Assembly: GCA_030141605.1 (NCBI GenBank)
Contig: JAQGDQ010001854.1
Span: forward strand, 1-23,292
Reading direction: 5' to 3'
DNA: 23,292 bases
From: Tubiluchus corallicola
Taxonomy: Eukaryota; Animalia; Priapulida
Shown: positions 21,070 through 23,292 of the stretch, piece by piece
How positions within the stretch are numbered: position 1 is the first letter of the stretch
Layout of the letters: every line of letters begins with the position of its first letter
The notes under the pieces: generated by a model
The model's database searches: none
What the model was told of the DNA's origin: nothing
Seen by the model: the letters and a program-made list of their open reading frames with translations, nothing else
Program-made: the position numbers and the translations under genes

Positions 21070-21303
21070 GACGACTGGAGATGGGTCCGGATGCAGTGGA
21101 TGGCCATTAGCATCTCTGGTGCCTTGCTGTGCCCTGTTTGCGCTCCAGATGACTGGAGATGGGTCCGGATGCAGTGGATGGCCATCAGCATCTCCGGTGC
21201 CTTGTTGTGCCCTGTTTGCGCTCCAGATGACTGGAGATGGGTCCGGATGCAGTGGATGGCCATCAACATCTCCGGTGCCTTCATGTGCCCTGTTTGCGCT
21301 CCA
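21070..21303. repeat. Tandem repeat, 3 x 78 bp, in the RTE 5' UTR
   Basis: GA(C/T)GACTGGAGATGGGTCCGGATGCAGTGGATGGCCAT...GCCCTGTTTGCGCTCCA starts at 21070, 21148 and 21226. Confidence 0.97.
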
Positions 21304-21431
21304 CAGCACTTCGCTGCGACTGCCTTCTTACCCGTTGAACTAGACAGGTTTCTTCCACGCTTTCCGTCAGCCTCAGTCTTCGTGTATTTGGGATAGGCAT
21401 ATCCCACCCTCAGGCAGTGCCCTTGGGTTCA

Positions 21432-21614
21432 CTCACGTAGTTTGGCCGGTCAGTCAAAACCGTTGCCCGGGGTGTGGCCGCTGCCATGCACAAGCAGTAG
21501 CCGTGGAGCCATACATGAGCTAGATACAGAAGTGGGAACCAAGTAGGATCCAGGCCATCCCAATAGGGAGTGACTGCCTTTCACTGTGAGGTACCATCCC
21601 TCGTCTCGTACCCT
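21432..21614 (-). ncRNA. Candidate HDV-like self-cleaving ribozyme at the RTE 5' end
   Basis: Elements in HDV order on the minus strand: P1 AGGGUA/CACCCC (4 of 6 pairs), P2 CUCAUGUA/UACGUGAG, P3 UGG/CCA, L3 CUCC, GG-GCAA, P4 CGGUU/GACCG, J4/2 GCCAAAC. Confidence 0.65.
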
Positions 21615-21822
21615 ACACACAAAGACTGTATGTACATGTTCAATAAAGAAGAGGTCTTAAACAGTCAGCCCTGTGATCAATTGAACACCCGCATCTTGTG
21701 TTGTGGGATTTCAGAACTGTCAGACATAAAAAGTAGCTTTCAACAAATGGGCATTTGATAGTTGATAGACTTGGGCAATATTTATAATCTAGTCACTGAC
21801 TTACTAGATATAACTATTCTAG

Positions 21823-21867
21823 TCGTAGTTTTCATTTATTCTGCTATGTCTTCACAATTGTTAAACG
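21823..21867 (+). other. Possible small start-codon exon of an unidentified plus-strand gene
   Basis: Branch-like CACTGAC (21794-21800), TTCTAG acceptor (21822), ATG at 21846 (MSSQLLN), consensus donor G|GTAAGT at 21868. Confidence 0.25.
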
Positions 21868-21915
21868 GTAAGTATACCATCTAAACAAAATCAGCTTTAT
21901 ATGTTTTACGAATGT

Positions 21916-22592
21916 TTTTTTAGATTAGATTTTAGATATTAAAATAGATTTATTTCGCAATAAACATATACATATACATTACATGTGCATCAATAATCAG
22001 TTTTTGTTAATTCAAAAATATGATACAATTCATGAATTCTGCACTAGAGACCTAAGAAGCTAGCTTATGGTAGGCCACTAGAATTAGTTACGAAAAAAAT
22101 TACAATATATACAGATCCAATATTACAATATATACAAATATAAATATGGGTGGGAAGTAATAAAAATATTATTATACTAGAGGGGAAGTTTTTGAAAATG
22201 AAAAACAACAAATCATGATTGAGTGATCAGTTATATGTTTCAAATAAGTTTAATTTATAATTTTTTTTTGAAATATGGACAGCGAGTTGGCATTTTTAAT
22301 AGCTGGAGCAATTGAATTCCATATGTAAAGGCCATTGTATTTAATAGAAAATTTTCTAACATTTGTGTTGCACTGTATGTAGTGACAGTTAAGTCTATAA
22401 CATGTGCCGTAATTATGTATCTCAGCATTCAAACAAAAATAATCAGCAAATAAGGGAGGCAATAATTTATGAGAGAATTTGCACATGAAAATGGCAGTTT
22501 GGAACTTATTAATGTCATAAATGTTTAGAAAGTTTAGTCTTTTAAATATTGGTGGTGCATGGTCCTGATACCCGGCAAATGTTCTAATAAAA
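21916..22592 (-). mobile_element. Second 5'-truncated CR1/L2-group LINE fragment
   Basis: Encodes HAPPIFKRLNFLNIYDINKFQTAIFM...HNYGT...TNVRKFSIKYNG..IWNSI...SLSIF. The 3' end is AAATAAA plus an (AATCT)-like tail. Imperfect TSD candidate GTTTTACGAATGT / GTTTTACAATTGT (21903-21915, 22593-22605). Confidence 0.82.
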
Positions 22593-23162
22593 GTTTTACA
22601 ATTGTAAAATGTGGTCGGAATATCCACCTGTTAGATATTTAGACGACTTCACATTGGCATTTCCTTGTTCGGCTGGTGAGTGGATTGAGACGACAACTTC
22701 CGTGATCAAATATCTGTAGACCCTATTTAACTCTTTATCACACCTTGTTTAATTTATTCTGCATGAATCTAGCTTTATAAAAAGCTAATCTGTGACTAAT
22801 TTTGGCCATATTTGACTCGCATGTCTGATAAACAGGTGCACTGAAAACAGTACAAACTGATTTTTATCTGTTCCACATCTGCATAACAAATACACGTTCC
22901 GGATGTCCAATAAATGTCACTTGGGTACACGGATGCTTTTAAATACCTAATTATTCTATTCTAGTTTATTCTAATTTTTTGCATCCCTAAATGTGAAAAG
23001 TTTGCTTGGTGTTGGAATAGTCATTTTACTTATATTTTGCGCCTCTTGTATTTTTACCCTGAAAATCCGAAGATGCAGAACAGCTAATTTTTACTCCAGT
23101 TTCAAGACCTTTTTAGCTGTGAAATTCTTAAATTATTCTTTACCTGAAAACTGTTTTCTATT

Positions 23163-23292
<130 letters not shown>

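Larger units (their letters stand above)
18944..21622 (-). mobile_element. RTE-clade LINE with intact 5' and 3' ends and two large internal deletions (non-autonomous)
   Basis: APE endonuclease start (GAWNVRTL, DIAALSETR, GVGFAIK), linker KHQDWF, RT N-terminus (GKAPGAD, LYKRKGNR.CDNHRGISLLSIAGKI, LPESQCGYR), C-terminal WAGHV and zinc finger CPHC..HLRTH, 3' hairpin and (CAA)n tail. Candidate TSD AGACTGTATGT at 18068-18078 and 21623-21633. Confidence 0.95.

Noticed and set aside
20982-21407. Upstream ORF1 of the RTE
   Set aside because: ORFs on both strands arise from the 78-bp triplication and show no gag-like or RRM features.

Overview
AT-rich eukaryotic (most likely bilaterian invertebrate) genomic DNA, not prokaryotic. 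Two convergent host genes, each with its whole CDS in one exon behind a 5'-UTR splice acceptor: a Mist1/Dimmed (BHLHA15) bHLH factor (+, 5009-5548) and a Smac/DIABLO homolog (-, 14701-15429) whose IAP-binding motif reads AQPI. The rest is dense in mobile DNA: three hAT MITEs with 8-bp TSDs (two are inverted copies of one family, one sitting 18 nt past the DIABLO stop), Tc1/mariner-pogo and PIF/Harbinger MITEs nested in an older three-copy repeat, two RTE LINEs, two CR1/L2 3' fragments, a 27-bp minisatellite and several tandem duplications. The most notable object is the internally deleted RTE at about 18944-21622 (-). Its 5' end folds into an HDV-like double-pseudoknot ribozyme with an unusual hairpin inserted in L3. 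Its 5' UTR is perfectly complementary (11 nt) to its stop-codon/3'-UTR region. Its target-site duplication also encloses a CR1/L2 fragment. All family assignments come from motif recognition and recall, with no database search.
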